Source: an uncultured Verrucomicrobiae bacterium
GTDB lineage: Bacteria > Verrucomicrobiota > Verrucomicrobiia > Chthoniobacterales > JAATET01
NCBI GenBank assembly: GCA_963832325.1
Contig: CAWHTR010000005.1
Span: 58,160-122,159, forward strand
Length of the DNA stretch: 64,000 nt
Direction of reading: 5' to 3'
Under the pieces are notes generated by a model that was not told the origin of the DNA, ran no database searches, and worked only from the letters and a program-made list of their open reading frames with translations. Shown piece by piece: positions 1 through 9,415 of this stretch. How positions within the stretch are numbered: position 1 is the first letter of the stretch; each line of letters begins with the position of its first letter. The translations under genes were made by a program, and so were the position numbers.

Positions 1-170
1 CCGCTCGTAGCCAATTCATCCGGGCCGCCCGCGCCGGAGAGAAAAACGCCATCGCCTGGTGCCGCCAAAACAACGTCGCCTACGAAATCAACGAGCTCAC
101 CCCCGCCCCCGCCCCCACCGATCAATCCCTCCCCGAGACCCCCGCCGCCGACGCCACCGAAGCGCAGTAA
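1..170 (+). CDS. 3' end of an unidentified CDS (partial, runs off the window start)
   Basis: Frame 3 is open from nt 3 to TAA at 168-170 (...AWCRQNNVAYEINELTPAPAPTDQSLPETPAADATEAQ*). No recognisable domain. Confidence 0.3.
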   Translation, partial: ARSQFIRAARAGEKNAIAWCRQNNVAYEINELTPAPAPTDQSLPETPAADATEAQ

Positions 171-176
171 AAAAAT

Positions 177-248
177 GGGGAGCGCGGGCATCCTGCCCCC
201 ACCTGTCCGGCTTCCAGCCCGACAGCAGGCCACGCCGGATGGCTCCCC
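177..248. repeat. Intergenic TCC-loop hairpin repeat, copy 1
   Basis: GGGGAGCGC, then GGGCA-TCC-TGCCC, then CTGTCCGGC-TTCCA-GCCCGACAG, closed by GGCTCCCC (reverse complement of the GGGGAGC start). Same modules as at 22.8 kb and 27.7 kb. Confidence 0.6.
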
Positions 249-296
249 GAAGTCGCAACTTGCCCCGGCAACGAAGCCCGGTAACACTGCGCCAAA

Positions 297-1688
297 ATGG
301 CCCGCGAAAAAACCATCCTCATCGTCGACGACGAGAAGAATACCCGCGACGGTCTCCGCGACGCGCTCGAAGACGGCTTCGAGGTTTACACCGCCCCCGA
401 CGCCGCCGGCGCACTCACCGTCATGGAAGCGGAGTCGCCCGACGTCCTCCTCACCGACCTCCGCCTCGGCGGCGAGGACGGCATGTCTCTCATCGAACGC
501 GCCCTCAAGCGCCCGAAGCCGCCGATCTGCATCATGATGACCGCCTACGGCTCAGTCGATACCGCGGTCGAGGCCATGAAGCGCGGCGCCTACGATTTCG
601 TCACGAAGCCGGTCAACATCGACCGGCTCGAACTCCTCATCCGCCGCGCCCTCCGCGATCGCGCCACCCAGCAGGAAAACGTCGAGCTCAAGGCCAAGGT
701 CAGTCAGGCCGGCAACCTGGACACCATGCTCGGTCGCTCGGCCGAAATGGTCCGCGTCTTCGACACCATCCGGCAGGTTGCCCCCTCCCGCGCCACCGTC
801 CTCATTCAGGGCGAAAGCGGCACCGGTAAGGAACTCGCCGCCCACGCCATCCACAATCTCAGCAACCGCGCCGCCCGCCGCTTCGTCGCCATCCACTGCA
901 TGGCCCTCTCCCCCCAACTCCTCGAAAGCGAGCTCTTCGGCCACGAGCGGGGAGCCTTCACCGGCGCGACCGAACGCCGCGCCGGGCGATTCGAACAAGC
1001 TGCCGGCGGCACCATTTTCCTCGACGAAATCGGCGAGATCGACGCCTCCACCCAGGTAAAAATCCTCCGCATCCTCGGCGAACGAACCTTCGAACGCGTT
1101 GGCGGCAACCAAACGATCCAAGCGGATGTCCGCCTCGTCGCCGCCACGAACAAGGACCTCGCGACCCTGGTCGCCGAAGGGAAGTTCCGCGACGACCTCT
1201 TCTTTCGCCTCAACGTCGTCCAACTCACGATGCCCCCCCTCCGCTCGCGCAAGGAAGACATCCCGCTCCTCGTTCAAACCTTTCTCAAGGAAGCCGCGAC
1301 GGAGAACGAGAAGCCCCCGCGCGAACTCTCCCCGGAAGCCATGGCCCGGATTCTCGACTACGATTGGCCCGGCAACGTCCGAGAACTCCGCACCGCCGTC
1401 GAGCACGGCGTCGTGATGTCCAGCTCCCCCCGCATCGGCCTCCGTGACCTCCCGACCTTCGTCCGCGAGTCCGTCCCCTCCTTCCCCACCGCCCCCAGCA
1501 GTTCAGCCTCACCAGACGCCCCCCCGGCACCATCAGACGCTTTGAATTTGCACCATTCCGAGCGAGCACTTATCTATCGGGCTCTCGAAGAGACCGGCGG
1601 CAACCGAACCAAAGCCGCTCAACGACTCGGAATCAGCCGCCGCACCCTGCATCGCCGCCTCAAGGAACTTGACATCACGAAACGCTAG
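297..1688 (+). CDS. Sigma-54-dependent response regulator (NtrC family: receiver + AAA+ + Fis-type HTH)
   Basis: N-terminal receiver (ILIVDDE...LLTDLRLGGEDG). AAA+ Walker A GESGTGKE and an ESELFGHERGAFTGA-type GAFTGA loop. C-terminal HTH (KAAQRLGISRRTLHRRLKEL). Confidence 0.92.
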   Translation: MAREKTILIVDDEKNTRDGLRDALEDGFEVYTAPDAAGALTVMEAESPDVLLTDLRLGGEDGMSLIERALKRPKPPICIMMTAYGSVDTAVEAMKRGAYDFVTKPVNIDRLELLIRRALRDRATQQENVELKAKVSQAGNLDTMLGRSAEMVRVFDTIRQVAPSRATVLIQGESGTGKELAAHAIHNLSNRAARRFVAIHCMALSPQLLESELFGHERGAFTGATERRAGRFEQAAGGTIFLDEIGEIDASTQVKILRILGERTFERVGGNQTIQADVRLVAATNKDLATLVAEGKFRDDLFFRLNVVQLTMPPLRSRKEDIPLLVQTFLKEAATENEKPPRELSPEAMARILDYDWPGNVRELRTAVEHGVVMSSSPRIGLRDLPTFVRESVPSFPTAPSSSASPDAPPAPSDALNLHHSERALIYRALEETGGNRTKAAQRLGISRRTLHRRLKELDITKR

Positions 1689-1724
1689 CGACTCGCCCCA
1701 CCCGATCTCTCAAATCCCACCGCC

Positions 1725-3617
1725 ATGCCAGTCTCCGCCCAAGGTTTTCAGCAAGCCGTCCACTCCCTCGAACAAGGCAAGCTCGCCCCCATCATCCGCG
1801 GCGTCGTCGCCTTCATCGTCCTCGTCGCCGTTACTCTCCTCTACCTCTTCGTGCAATTTGCCGGCTTCAACAGCGAGACGGCGATGGATCAGGCCCAAAT
1901 TGCTCGCGCCGTCTCCTCGGGCGAAGGCTTCACCACCCGCTACGTCCGGCCCATGGCCTTGTGGCAGCTCCAGGAATCCGGGATCGACATCCCCGCCGAC
2001 GGCCTCCCCGACACGTCAAATCCTCCCCTCCCCTCGCTCATCAATTCCATCCCGCTCTCGCTCATCAAGGGATCTCTGGAGATGGAACCCACCGATCTCA
2101 TTTACGCGGGCGACCGCGCCATCGCGTTCACGTCGATTCTCATTTTCATCGTCGCCGTTTTCGTCGCCTATTTCGTCGCCCGCCGCCTCTTCGACGCTCA
2201 GCTCGCGTTCTACGCCTGCGCGATCATCCTCGTCACCGACATCCTCTGGCAATTCTCGCTCTCCGGCCTCGCCCAGCCCCTGCTCCTACTCTTCCTCATG
2301 GGCACCGCCTGGCTCATCCTCGCCGGCCTCGACCACCAAGAAGACGAGGCCTCCACCGGTGGCATCGCGCCCTGGCTCCTCCAACTCGGCGTGGGCGTCG
2401 GGTTCGGCCTCCTGACACTCACGAACTACGTCACCTGCTGGTTCTTCCTCGGCTACCTCTTCTTCGCCTTCTTCTACTTCCGTCCGCGCCTTCTTCCGGT
2501 CGCCGCAATCGTGGCTTTCCTCCTCACCCTCACTCCGTGGATCCTTCGTAATTACGCCGTCTCCGGCACTCCCTTTGGCCTCGCCATCTACCCGATCAGC
2601 GACGCCTCGTTCCTCCGCACCCTCCAACCGGATTTCGACAACCTGTTTTACGGAATCAAACAAAAAATCCGCCTCGGCATCGTCGCCCAGATCGGCGCGT
2701 TGTTCTCCTACATCGGCCTCAGCCTCGCCGCAGGCATGTTCTTCCCGTCGCTCTTCCACCGCTTCAAAAGCCCCGCTGCCTCCGCGTTTCGCTGGTGCGT
2801 CCTTGCGATGTGGGTCGCCGCCGTCATCGGCATGGCCGCCTACGGCCCGATCGATCAGCCCATCGGCAATCTCCAACTCCACTCGATCTTCATTCCCCTC
2901 TTTGTCTTCTTCGGACTCGCCTTCCTGCTCGTTCTCTGGAATCGCCTCCACTTCGATCTCTCGATCCTCCGCACCATCTTCATTGGCGTCATCATCGTCG
3001 TCTGCGCCATCCCGATGATCCTTACCCTCTTCGCGGGTAAGACCCGCGCCATCAACTGGCCCCCGTACATCCCCCCCTACATCGCCATTCTGGGCAATTG
3101 GTATCAGGAGGACGAAGCCCTCTGCTCCGACATGCCGTGGGCCGTCGCCTGGTATGCCCATCGCAAGACCCTTCTCCTCCCCGACTCACCGAAGACGATG
3201 GTCGAACTCAGCGATTACGAAGTCATCGGCCAGCGCATTTCCGGCCTCTACCTCACCCCCATCACCGGCAACTCGGCATTCCTCTCCGAAATCGCTTCGG
3301 GCACCTATCGCGAATGGGCGCCCTTCATTCTCCGAACCCCAAATCTCAACGCTTTCCCGCTCAAAACCCCCGTCCCGCTACCCGTCGACGGTCAAACGGT
3401 CCTCTACGCCGACTACGACCGTTGGACCCGCGCCGCCGAGCGCACCGCCCAAGCGGCCGCAGCCCTCGAGCAGCTCCGGCACCACCGACGACGAAGCGAC
3501 CCCGACCCCATCGCCAACCCCCGAACCGTAACTCTTCCGCTCCGTTCATGCCCACTTCCAAGAAATCCGACGAGCCAACGCTTGAGGCCGCCCTCACCCG
3601 CCTCGACGCCGTCGTGA
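1725..3617 (+). CDS. Polytopic membrane protein, GT-C/ArnT-like fold suspected
   Basis: 630-aa ORF with many hydrophobic helices and a soluble C-terminal part. The last ~50 aa are Arg/Pro-rich and overlap xseB by 70 nt, so the true C-terminus is uncertain. Confidence 0.6.
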   Translation: MPVSAQGFQQAVHSLEQGKLAPIIRGVVAFIVLVAVTLLYLFVQFAGFNSETAMDQAQIARAVSSGEGFTTRYVRPMALWQLQESGIDIPADGLPDTSNPPLPSLINSIPLSLIKGSLEMEPTDLIYAGDRAIAFTSILIFIVAVFVAYFVARRLFDAQLAFYACAIILVTDILWQFSLSGLAQPLLLLFLMGTAWLILAGLDHQEDEASTGGIAPWLLQLGVGVGFGLLTLTNYVTCWFFLGYLFFAFFYFRPRLLPVAAIVAFLLTLTPWILRNYAVSGTPFGLAIYPISDASFLRTLQPDFDNLFYGIKQKIRLGIVAQIGALFSYIGLSLAAGMFFPSLFHRFKSPAASAFRWCVLAMWVAAVIGMAAYGPIDQPIGNLQLHSIFIPLFVFFGLAFLLVLWNRLHFDLSILRTIFIGVIIVVCAIPMILTLFAGKTRAINWPPYIPPYIAILGNWYQEDEALCSDMPWAVAWYAHRKTLLLPDSPKTMVELSDYEVIGQRISGLYLTPITGNSAFLSEIASGTYREWAPFILRTPNLNAFPLKTPVPLPVDGQTVLYADYDRWTRAAERTAQAAAALEQLRHHRRRSDPDPIANPRTVTLPLRSCPLPRNPTSQRLRPPSPASTPS

Positions 3618-3799
3618 AGGAAATGGAAACCGGCGACCTCGGGCTGGAAACGCTCATCGAGCGCTTCGAAGAAGGCGTCGCACTCACCAAGACGTGTCAG
3701 GCCCGGCTCGACCACGCCGAGACCCGTATCCAAACCATCATTCGGGAGGCCGACGGCGGCGTTCGACTCGAAGCATTCGACGACGACACCGATGACTGA
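3548..3799 (+). CDS. xseB: Exodeoxyribonuclease VII small subunit
   Basis: 83 aa from the internal ATG at 3548. LEAALTRLDAVVKEMETGDLGLETLIERFEEGVALTKTCQARL is the typical XseB helical hairpin. Lies immediately upstream of and overlapping dxs, a known xseB-dxs linkage. Confidence 0.85.
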   Translation: MPTSKKSDEPTLEAALTRLDAVVKEMETGDLGLETLIERFEEGVALTKTCQARLDHAETRIQTIIREADGGVRLEAFDDDTDD

Positions 3800-5699
3800 T
3801 CACGCCACCCACAAACTCCTCGACGGAATCGACTCCCCCGCCGACGTCAAGAAACTCGCCGAAGCCGAGCTCCCGATCCTCGCCCAGGAGATCCGGGACG
3901 AACTCATCTCCGTTCTCTCACAAACCGGAGGCCACCTCGGCCCCAATCTCGGCGTCGTGGAGCTCACCATCGCCCTCCACCGGGTCTTCGACACCCCGAC
4001 CGACCGCTTCGTCTTCGACGTCAGCCACCAGGGCTACGTTCACAAGCTCCTCACCGGTCGCCGCGAACGCTTTGCCACCATCCGCCAGCACGGCGGCCTC
4101 AACGGCTTCCTCCTCCGCACGGAATCCGAGCACGATTGCTACGGAGCCGGCCACGCGGGCACCGCCCTCTCCGCCGCTCTCGGCATGGCCGTCGGTCGCG
4201 ATCTCCGCGGTGGCAACGAACACGTCGTCTGCGTCGCCGGAGACGCGGCCTTCACTTGCGGCGTCAGTTTCGAAGCCCTCAACAACGCCGCCAACGCCAC
4301 CAACCGACTCATCGTCGTCCTCAACGACAACGAATGGTCGATCGCGAAAAACGTCGGGGCAATTTCCGAATACCTCAACCGCCTCGTCGCCAACCCGGCT
4401 TACGCCCAGCTCCACGACAAAGCTGCGAAATTTGTCGAGTGGATCGGCGGCAGCTCGGCCCGCAAACTCGCTCACAAGGCCGAAGCCGGACTCAAGAACC
4501 TCATCGCGCCCAGCGTCATCTTCGAAGACCTCGGCTTTCGCTACTACGGACCGATCGACGGCCACGACGTTGGCCTTCTCACCCAGACGTTCGAGTTTCT
4601 GAAGACCCAGACGGAACCCGTCATTCTCCACATCCTCACGAAGAAGGGCAAAGGCTACGCGCCCGCTCTCGCCAAGCCGGATAAATTCCATGGCCTCGGG
4701 AAATTCGCGCTGGATACCGGCGAGACCGTGGCCTCCCCGACCCCGACGTATTCCCAAATCTACGGCGAAAAACTCGCCGACTTCGCCGACCAGAACAACC
4801 GCATCGTCGCCATCACCGCCGCCATGCCCAGCGGCACCGGCCTCACCCACTTCGCCAAGCGCCACCCCGGCCGCACCTACGACGTGGGCATCGCCGAAGA
4901 ACACGCCGCCCTCTTTGCCTGCGGCCTCGCCACCCAGGGAATGAAGCCCTTCCTCGCGATCTATTCGACCTTCATGCAACGCGCCTACGACATGGTCATC
5001 CACGACATGGCGCTCCAGGGTCTCAACGTCGCCATCTGCATGGACCGCGCCGGCCTCGCCGGCGACGACGGCCCCACCCACCACGGCCTCTTCGACATCG
5101 GCTACCTCCGCCACATTCCAAACCTCGTCCACATGCAACCCAAGGACGAAGACGAGTTCGTCGACATGCTCTGGACGATGGCCAATTATCACGAAGGCCC
5201 CATCGCCATCCGCTACCCCCGCGGCGCGGGCAATGGTGCCTCGATCAAGGACAAACCCCGACTTCTCGACATCGGAAAGAGCGAAGTCCTCCGCCACGGC
5301 AAACGCGTTGCCCTCCTCGCGCTTGGCAACATGGTCGACCTCGCTCTGCAGACCGCCGACCAGCTCCGCGACGAACACGGCATCGACGCCGCCGTCATCA
5401 ACGCCCGCTGGATCAAACCGCTCGACGCCGCGACCATCGAATTCTTCGCCCGGGGCTGCGATGTCGTTTGCACCTTCGAAGACCACGTCCTCCACAACGG
5501 ATTCGGCTGCGCGGTGATCGAACTCCTCTCCGAAAAACGCGTCACCACCCCCGTCATCCGCATCGGCTGGCCGGACGAATTCATCGATCACGGCACCATC
5601 GCCCTCCTTCGCGAACAACACGGCCTCACCGCCAACTGCGCAATCGAACAAATCCTCGCCGAACTCCCCTCAACCGACAAGGCAGCCTCGGCGGCCTGA
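3792..5699 (+). CDS. dxs: 1-deoxy-D-xylulose-5-phosphate synthase
   Basis: 635 aa. Conserved HLGPNLGVVELT, DVSHQGY and GDGA-type TPP motifs. Full-length transketolase-like architecture. Confidence 0.97.
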   Translation: MTDHATHKLLDGIDSPADVKKLAEAELPILAQEIRDELISVLSQTGGHLGPNLGVVELTIALHRVFDTPTDRFVFDVSHQGYVHKLLTGRRERFATIRQHGGLNGFLLRTESEHDCYGAGHAGTALSAALGMAVGRDLRGGNEHVVCVAGDAAFTCGVSFEALNNAANATNRLIVVLNDNEWSIAKNVGAISEYLNRLVANPAYAQLHDKAAKFVEWIGGSSARKLAHKAEAGLKNLIAPSVIFEDLGFRYYGPIDGHDVGLLTQTFEFLKTQTEPVILHILTKKGKGYAPALAKPDKFHGLGKFALDTGETVASPTPTYSQIYGEKLADFADQNNRIVAITAAMPSGTGLTHFAKRHPGRTYDVGIAEEHAALFACGLATQGMKPFLAIYSTFMQRAYDMVIHDMALQGLNVAICMDRAGLAGDDGPTHHGLFDIGYLRHIPNLVHMQPKDEDEFVDMLWTMANYHEGPIAIRYPRGAGNGASIKDKPRLLDIGKSEVLRHGKRVALLALGNMVDLALQTADQLRDEHGIDAAVINARWIKPLDAATIEFFARGCDVVCTFEDHVLHNGFGCAVIELLSEKRVTTPVIRIGWPDEFIDHGTIALLREQHGLTANCAIEQILAELPSTDKAASAA

Positions 5700-5701
5700 T
5701 C

Positions 5702-6190
5702 TCACTCAACCGGCCCATCCGTCGGCGAAATGTTCAGATCTGGTTCGGGCAACGGCAGGGGAGCGTCATCGACAATCGGACCGTCGTAAGGCCGACTCTC
5801 CCGACGCTCGGGTTCCGACCTTTCAGATGCCGATCCCTCGGGTTCTTCCACCACCGGACGGCCTCGGGGCCGCTCCACCGTCTCGAAGATCGTCCCCACC
5901 CGCCGCGTCGTCCCCGGCGGTGCCAACTTCAGATCCTCGTTGGCCGCGTACCCCGTGGCACCGGATTCCAGCTGCACCCGACTGAACCCATACTCCCACC
6001 GCACCACCGCCACTTGATCGCCCAGAGTCAGGCGCTCGTCCGGGCCGCCCGCCTGCTGCGGACCGTGCGTCCAAAACGGTGCTCCCCCCCGCACCACGAG
6101 ATAAAGCGGCTCTTCCCCTGGCAGAAAATTCACCACCGCGCATCCCGCAAACGCGAAACCCACCAGCCAGGCCACCAACCCCGCTCTCAT
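5702..6190 (-). CDS. Lipoprotein, SH3-like domain plus acidic/Pro-rich tail
   Basis: Lipobox-like FAFAGC near the N-terminus. The core (DQVAVVRWEYGFSRVQLESGATGYAANEDL) resembles a bacterial SH3 domain. Confidence 0.5.
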   Translation of the reverse strand: MRAGLVAWLVGFAFAGCAVVNFLPGEEPLYLVVRGGAPFWTHGPQQAGGPDERLTLGDQVAVVRWEYGFSRVQLESGATGYAANEDLKLAPPGTTRRVGTIFETVERPRGRPVVEEPEGSASERSEPERRESRPYDGPIVDDAPLPLPEPDLNISPTDGPVE

Positions 6191-7299
6191 CGCGCCAAAT
6201 CGCTCTCGTACAGCGCCTCCAGCTCCGCCGCCAATCTCCGGGAGTCGAAGCTCCCCTCGACCACCGTTCGCGCCCTCGCCGCCTGCTCCGCCCGCGCCGC
6301 CCCGTCGTCCAGCAATTTCTCGACGGCCTCCCGTAAGGCAATCGCGTCGCCGACCGGCACCAACCGCGCCGCGCCGGACTCCTCCGCGACCAACTCACGC
6401 ATCCCATCCACCGCCGTCGCGACGACCGGGACACCCGACGCCATTGCCTCCAGCGCGGTCATCGGCAATCCCTCAAACCGCGAGGGAAGCACCATCAAAT
6501 CCAGCGCGGCGTAGACCGCTCGCCGATCCGCCACCTGCCCGACAAAGCGCACCCGATCCCCAAACCTGGCACCCACCTCACGCAAAGCAGCCTCGTCCGG
6601 ACCCGCGCCAAAAAGCGCCACCGTCAAGTCTTCCCGGTCCGCCAACAAGGGCCCAACTGCCTCGATCAACAGGTCAAAATTCTTCTGAAAAACCAACCGC
6701 CCCACGCCGCCAACCACCAACCCCGCTTCCGGCAATCCAAACCTCCGCCGCGCCTCCACCCGCTCCTCCACCGCTCCCGGCGAAAACACCGACAAATCCA
6801 CGCTGTTCGGCAGATACGTCACCCGCTCGGCAGGCACCCCTTCGACGTCCACGGCAAACCGCTCGACCGACCGCGACACCGCCAGCACCCGCGTCGATAG
6901 ACGATTGAGCACCGCGTCGACGAAGGTCGCCACCCGCGAACCCGTCCGAAACGCGTCGTTGCACTGGTCGTGATGATAAATCACCCGCGTCCCGGCCAGC
7001 GCAGCGATCGGTTTCGCGATCCAGTTCGCCCCAAACAGGTGGCACTGCACGACGTCGAATCTCCCCCGCCTCAGCAATCCCGGGAGCCTCCAGAGGTAGC
7101 CCGGCGGCCACTTACTTTCCGAAAGCGACCACACCGGCACGCCGATTTCGCGGAAAGCCGACGCAAAAAAACCCTCCCCGTGCATCGTCGCCACCTCGTG
7201 CTGAAACCGCTCGCGATCAGCGAACTTGACCAAACTAAGAAGCGCCGTCTGCGCTCCTCCCAGCTCCAAACTGTCGATGACGTGCAGGACGCGGATCAT
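6187..7299 (-). CDS. Glycosyltransferase, GT-B fold (family 4/GT1-like)
   Basis: Start chosen at MIRVLHVIDSLELGGAQ (internal ATG at 7297-7299, 3 nt after the MFS stop). C-terminal E-x7-E-type region (PSRFEGLPMTALEAMASGVPVV). Confidence 0.85.
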   Translation of the reverse strand: MIRVLHVIDSLELGGAQTALLSLVKFADRERFQHEVATMHGEGFFASAFREIGVPVWSLSESKWPPGYLWRLPGLLRRGRFDVVQCHLFGANWIAKPIAALAGTRVIYHHDQCNDAFRTGSRVATFVDAVLNRLSTRVLAVSRSVERFAVDVEGVPAERVTYLPNSVDLSVFSPGAVEERVEARRRFGLPEAGLVVGGVGRLVFQKNFDLLIEAVGPLLADREDLTVALFGAGPDEAALREVGARFGDRVRFVGQVADRRAVYAALDLMVLPSRFEGLPMTALEAMASGVPVVATAVDGMRELVAEESGAARLVPVGDAIALREAVEKLLDDGAARAEQAARARTVVEGSFDSRRLAAELEALYESDLAR

Positions 7300-7301
7300 T
7301 C

Positions 7302-8630
7302 TCAGCGACCTTTCGCGATCCGTCCCCGTGAGGCCAGCGCAAACGTGGAGACCGCCACCGCCGCCAACACGAAGGTCCCCGGCAGCCACAGCAGCGCCTC
7401 GGCGAACACCGCGTTCTCGCCCGCCCCCGGCAATGCCGCCCGCAGCTTCCCGGTCAAAGCCGCAAACAGCAGGCCCGCCGCACCGTAGGCCAGATTAAAC
7501 GCCACCCCGCGAAAACTCAGCACCGTCGCCCGCAAGCTCGACGCGGTCCACGAGTTCAAATAGTGCGAAACGAAGAAGCTCAGCATCGGAAAGGCCGCCC
7601 CGAGCGGAATCACCGCCACCACCCCCCACCACGGCACCGCAAAAGCGGCCCCGACCAGCCCACTCAGCATCACCGCTCCCAACACGGCAAAATTCCGGGA
7701 AACCGTCCCGCCTCGCACCATTCTTCGCGCGATCGGAGCCGCCACGAATCCCAGCAACGCCATTCCAGCGCCGATGACGCCAAACAACACCTCGGGCAGC
7801 TCGATCAACCGCAGATAATTGCTCTCGAACGTCAGGAAAAGTCGCACCAAGCTGTCACAACAGACCGCCGCCAACAGAACGAGGAGAATGCGACGGTCCG
7901 TCGCCACGAACTTCGCCCCCTCCCAGACGTTAGCCCAGGCCTCGCCAATCGGCGCTCCCGCATCCGGTCGATCCATCTCCGCTTCGCCCTCCGAGCGCCC
8001 GCGCGGCACCTCCCGCATCGCCAGCGCCACGAACAGGCACCCCACCGACATCGCCAACGTGACGAATACCGGCCACCGCGCCACGTCACCCGCTGCCGGT
8101 CGCCAATCCACACCGATCCACGCCGCCGCGCTCCCGATGAACTCCGCGTCGTAAAGCGCCCCGCCCACCACCATCGCGACGAAAAATGCTCCCGACTGCC
8201 ACCGCGTCAGCGATTCCAACACCGACGGCCAGCCTTCTTCCCGGTCCCCCGGCGGGAGCGAATCATACGCCAGCGCCTCGTCCGCCCCACTCGCCGAGGC
8301 CTCCGCCGCCCCACTCAGCACGCGGTTGACCACCAGTAGCCAAAAAAGCACCACCGGATTTCCGGTCGGCGCAAAGCTGAAGATCGCCAACTCGGCCACC
8401 ATCAACCCCGCCGCCAACACAACCATCCGCTTGCGTCCGATCACGTCGGCCAGCGCCCCCGATGGAATCTCGAGGGTCACAATCGTGACCGCCCACACGA
8501 CGTTGAGCAGCGAATACTGCTCCAGAGTCAGCCCCAGATCCAGGAACAGGACGCCGAGAATCGGGTAGTAAAACCGCGCGTTGAACAACACCCGGAACGC
8601 CACAAAGAGCGGAATATTCCGGTTCATCAA
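7302..8630 (-). CDS. MFS transporter
   Basis: 442 aa with about 12 predicted helices. MFS signature-like GALADVIGRKRM between TM2 and TM3. Confidence 0.85.
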   Translation of the reverse strand: MMNRNIPLFVAFRVLFNARFYYPILGVLFLDLGLTLEQYSLLNVVWAVTIVTLEIPSGALADVIGRKRMVVLAAGLMVAELAIFSFAPTGNPVVLFWLLVVNRVLSGAAEASASGADEALAYDSLPPGDREEGWPSVLESLTRWQSGAFFVAMVVGGALYDAEFIGSAAAWIGVDWRPAAGDVARWPVFVTLAMSVGCLFVALAMREVPRGRSEGEAEMDRPDAGAPIGEAWANVWEGAKFVATDRRILLVLLAAVCCDSLVRLFLTFESNYLRLIELPEVLFGVIGAGMALLGFVAAPIARRMVRGGTVSRNFAVLGAVMLSGLVGAAFAVPWWGVVAVIPLGAAFPMLSFFVSHYLNSWTASSLRATVLSFRGVAFNLAYGAAGLLFAALTGKLRAALPGAGENAVFAEALLWLPGTFVLAAVAVSTFALASRGRIAKGR

Positions 8631-8681
8631 CGCTCAAAGCCTACCAGGCGCAACCGTGCACCCCGCGCGAAAACGAGATCC

Positions 8682-9341
8682 TCAGAATCCAAGCCCGGTC
8701 CGCGTCTGGACGACTTCCGTCGGAGCCGTCGCGACGCTGCGAGCCGCTGTCGTCGTGCGACCCCGATCAATCGGCTGCACGACCGGTGGCCGCGGCTTGA
8801 TGTCCTGAATCACAACCACGCCGACGCCACCGTTGCCATCCGCCATCGCGATGTAATTCAGCTGGCGCTGCACCCGCGAAAAGATCCACTCGCCGTTAAA
8901 CTTTGCGTATTTCACCTGCAGACCCTTCTGCGAGGCCACGACCGGAACGTCGCTCCCGAAGCGGGACGGCGGGCCGTATTGCTCCATCAAATAATTGCGA
9001 ATCCCCATCCAGCCGCCGGCTCGAGTGAGGGTGTTCACCCCCGGTCCGTCGAAGTATCGGATCTCCAGCTTCCGCAACTTGTTCTCGTAGAACGAAGCCT
9101 GCATGTTCGAAATCTGCGGGATCGGGTTGTAGATCTCGTAGACATCCATCCCGTCGATCTTCACCGGCACCCGCTGAACCTGGGAGAAAACCGCCAACTT
9201 GCCAGGTGCGTCTCCGAGCTGAATCCCCTCCAGATCAAAACTCAGAATTGCGCGCTCTTCATCCGTCAACGTCGGATTCATCGTGGCACAGCCCACCATC
9301 GCCACCATCGCACCCACCGTCAGGAACCATCCAAGTTTCAT
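8682..9341 (-). CDS. Hypothetical lipoprotein
   Basis: Signal peptide with lipobox (AMVAMVGC). No recognised domain. Confidence 0.55.
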   Translation of the reverse strand: MKLGWFLTVGAMVAMVGCATMNPTLTDEERAILSFDLEGIQLGDAPGKLAVFSQVQRVPVKIDGMDVYEIYNPIPQISNMQASFYENKLRKLEIRYFDGPGVNTLTRAGGWMGIRNYLMEQYGPPSRFGSDVPVVASQKGLQVKYAKFNGEWIFSRVQRQLNYIAMADGNGGVGVVVIQDIKPRPPVVQPIDRGRTTTAARSVATAPTEVVQTRTGLGF

Positions 9342-9415
9342 ATTGCGACAAACGGTTAAACAGAACTCATTCCCCCGACAAGCTTCAATCGCTTCGCGGA
9401 CATCTGGCTTCCAAA

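Noticed and set aside
1689-1724. Sigma-54 promoter (TGGCAC-N5-TTGC) near the NtrC-family regulator
   Set aside because: No match was seen here. TGGCAC occurrences spotted elsewhere (about 5951, 6567 and 9712) lack the TTGC element at the correct spacing. A proper PWM scan is still needed.
3918-5651. 577-aa ORF antisense to dxs
   Set aside because: Gly/Val/Ala/Asp-rich, low-complexity translation typical of the reverse frame of a high-GC gene. It lies entirely inside the well-supported dxs CDS.
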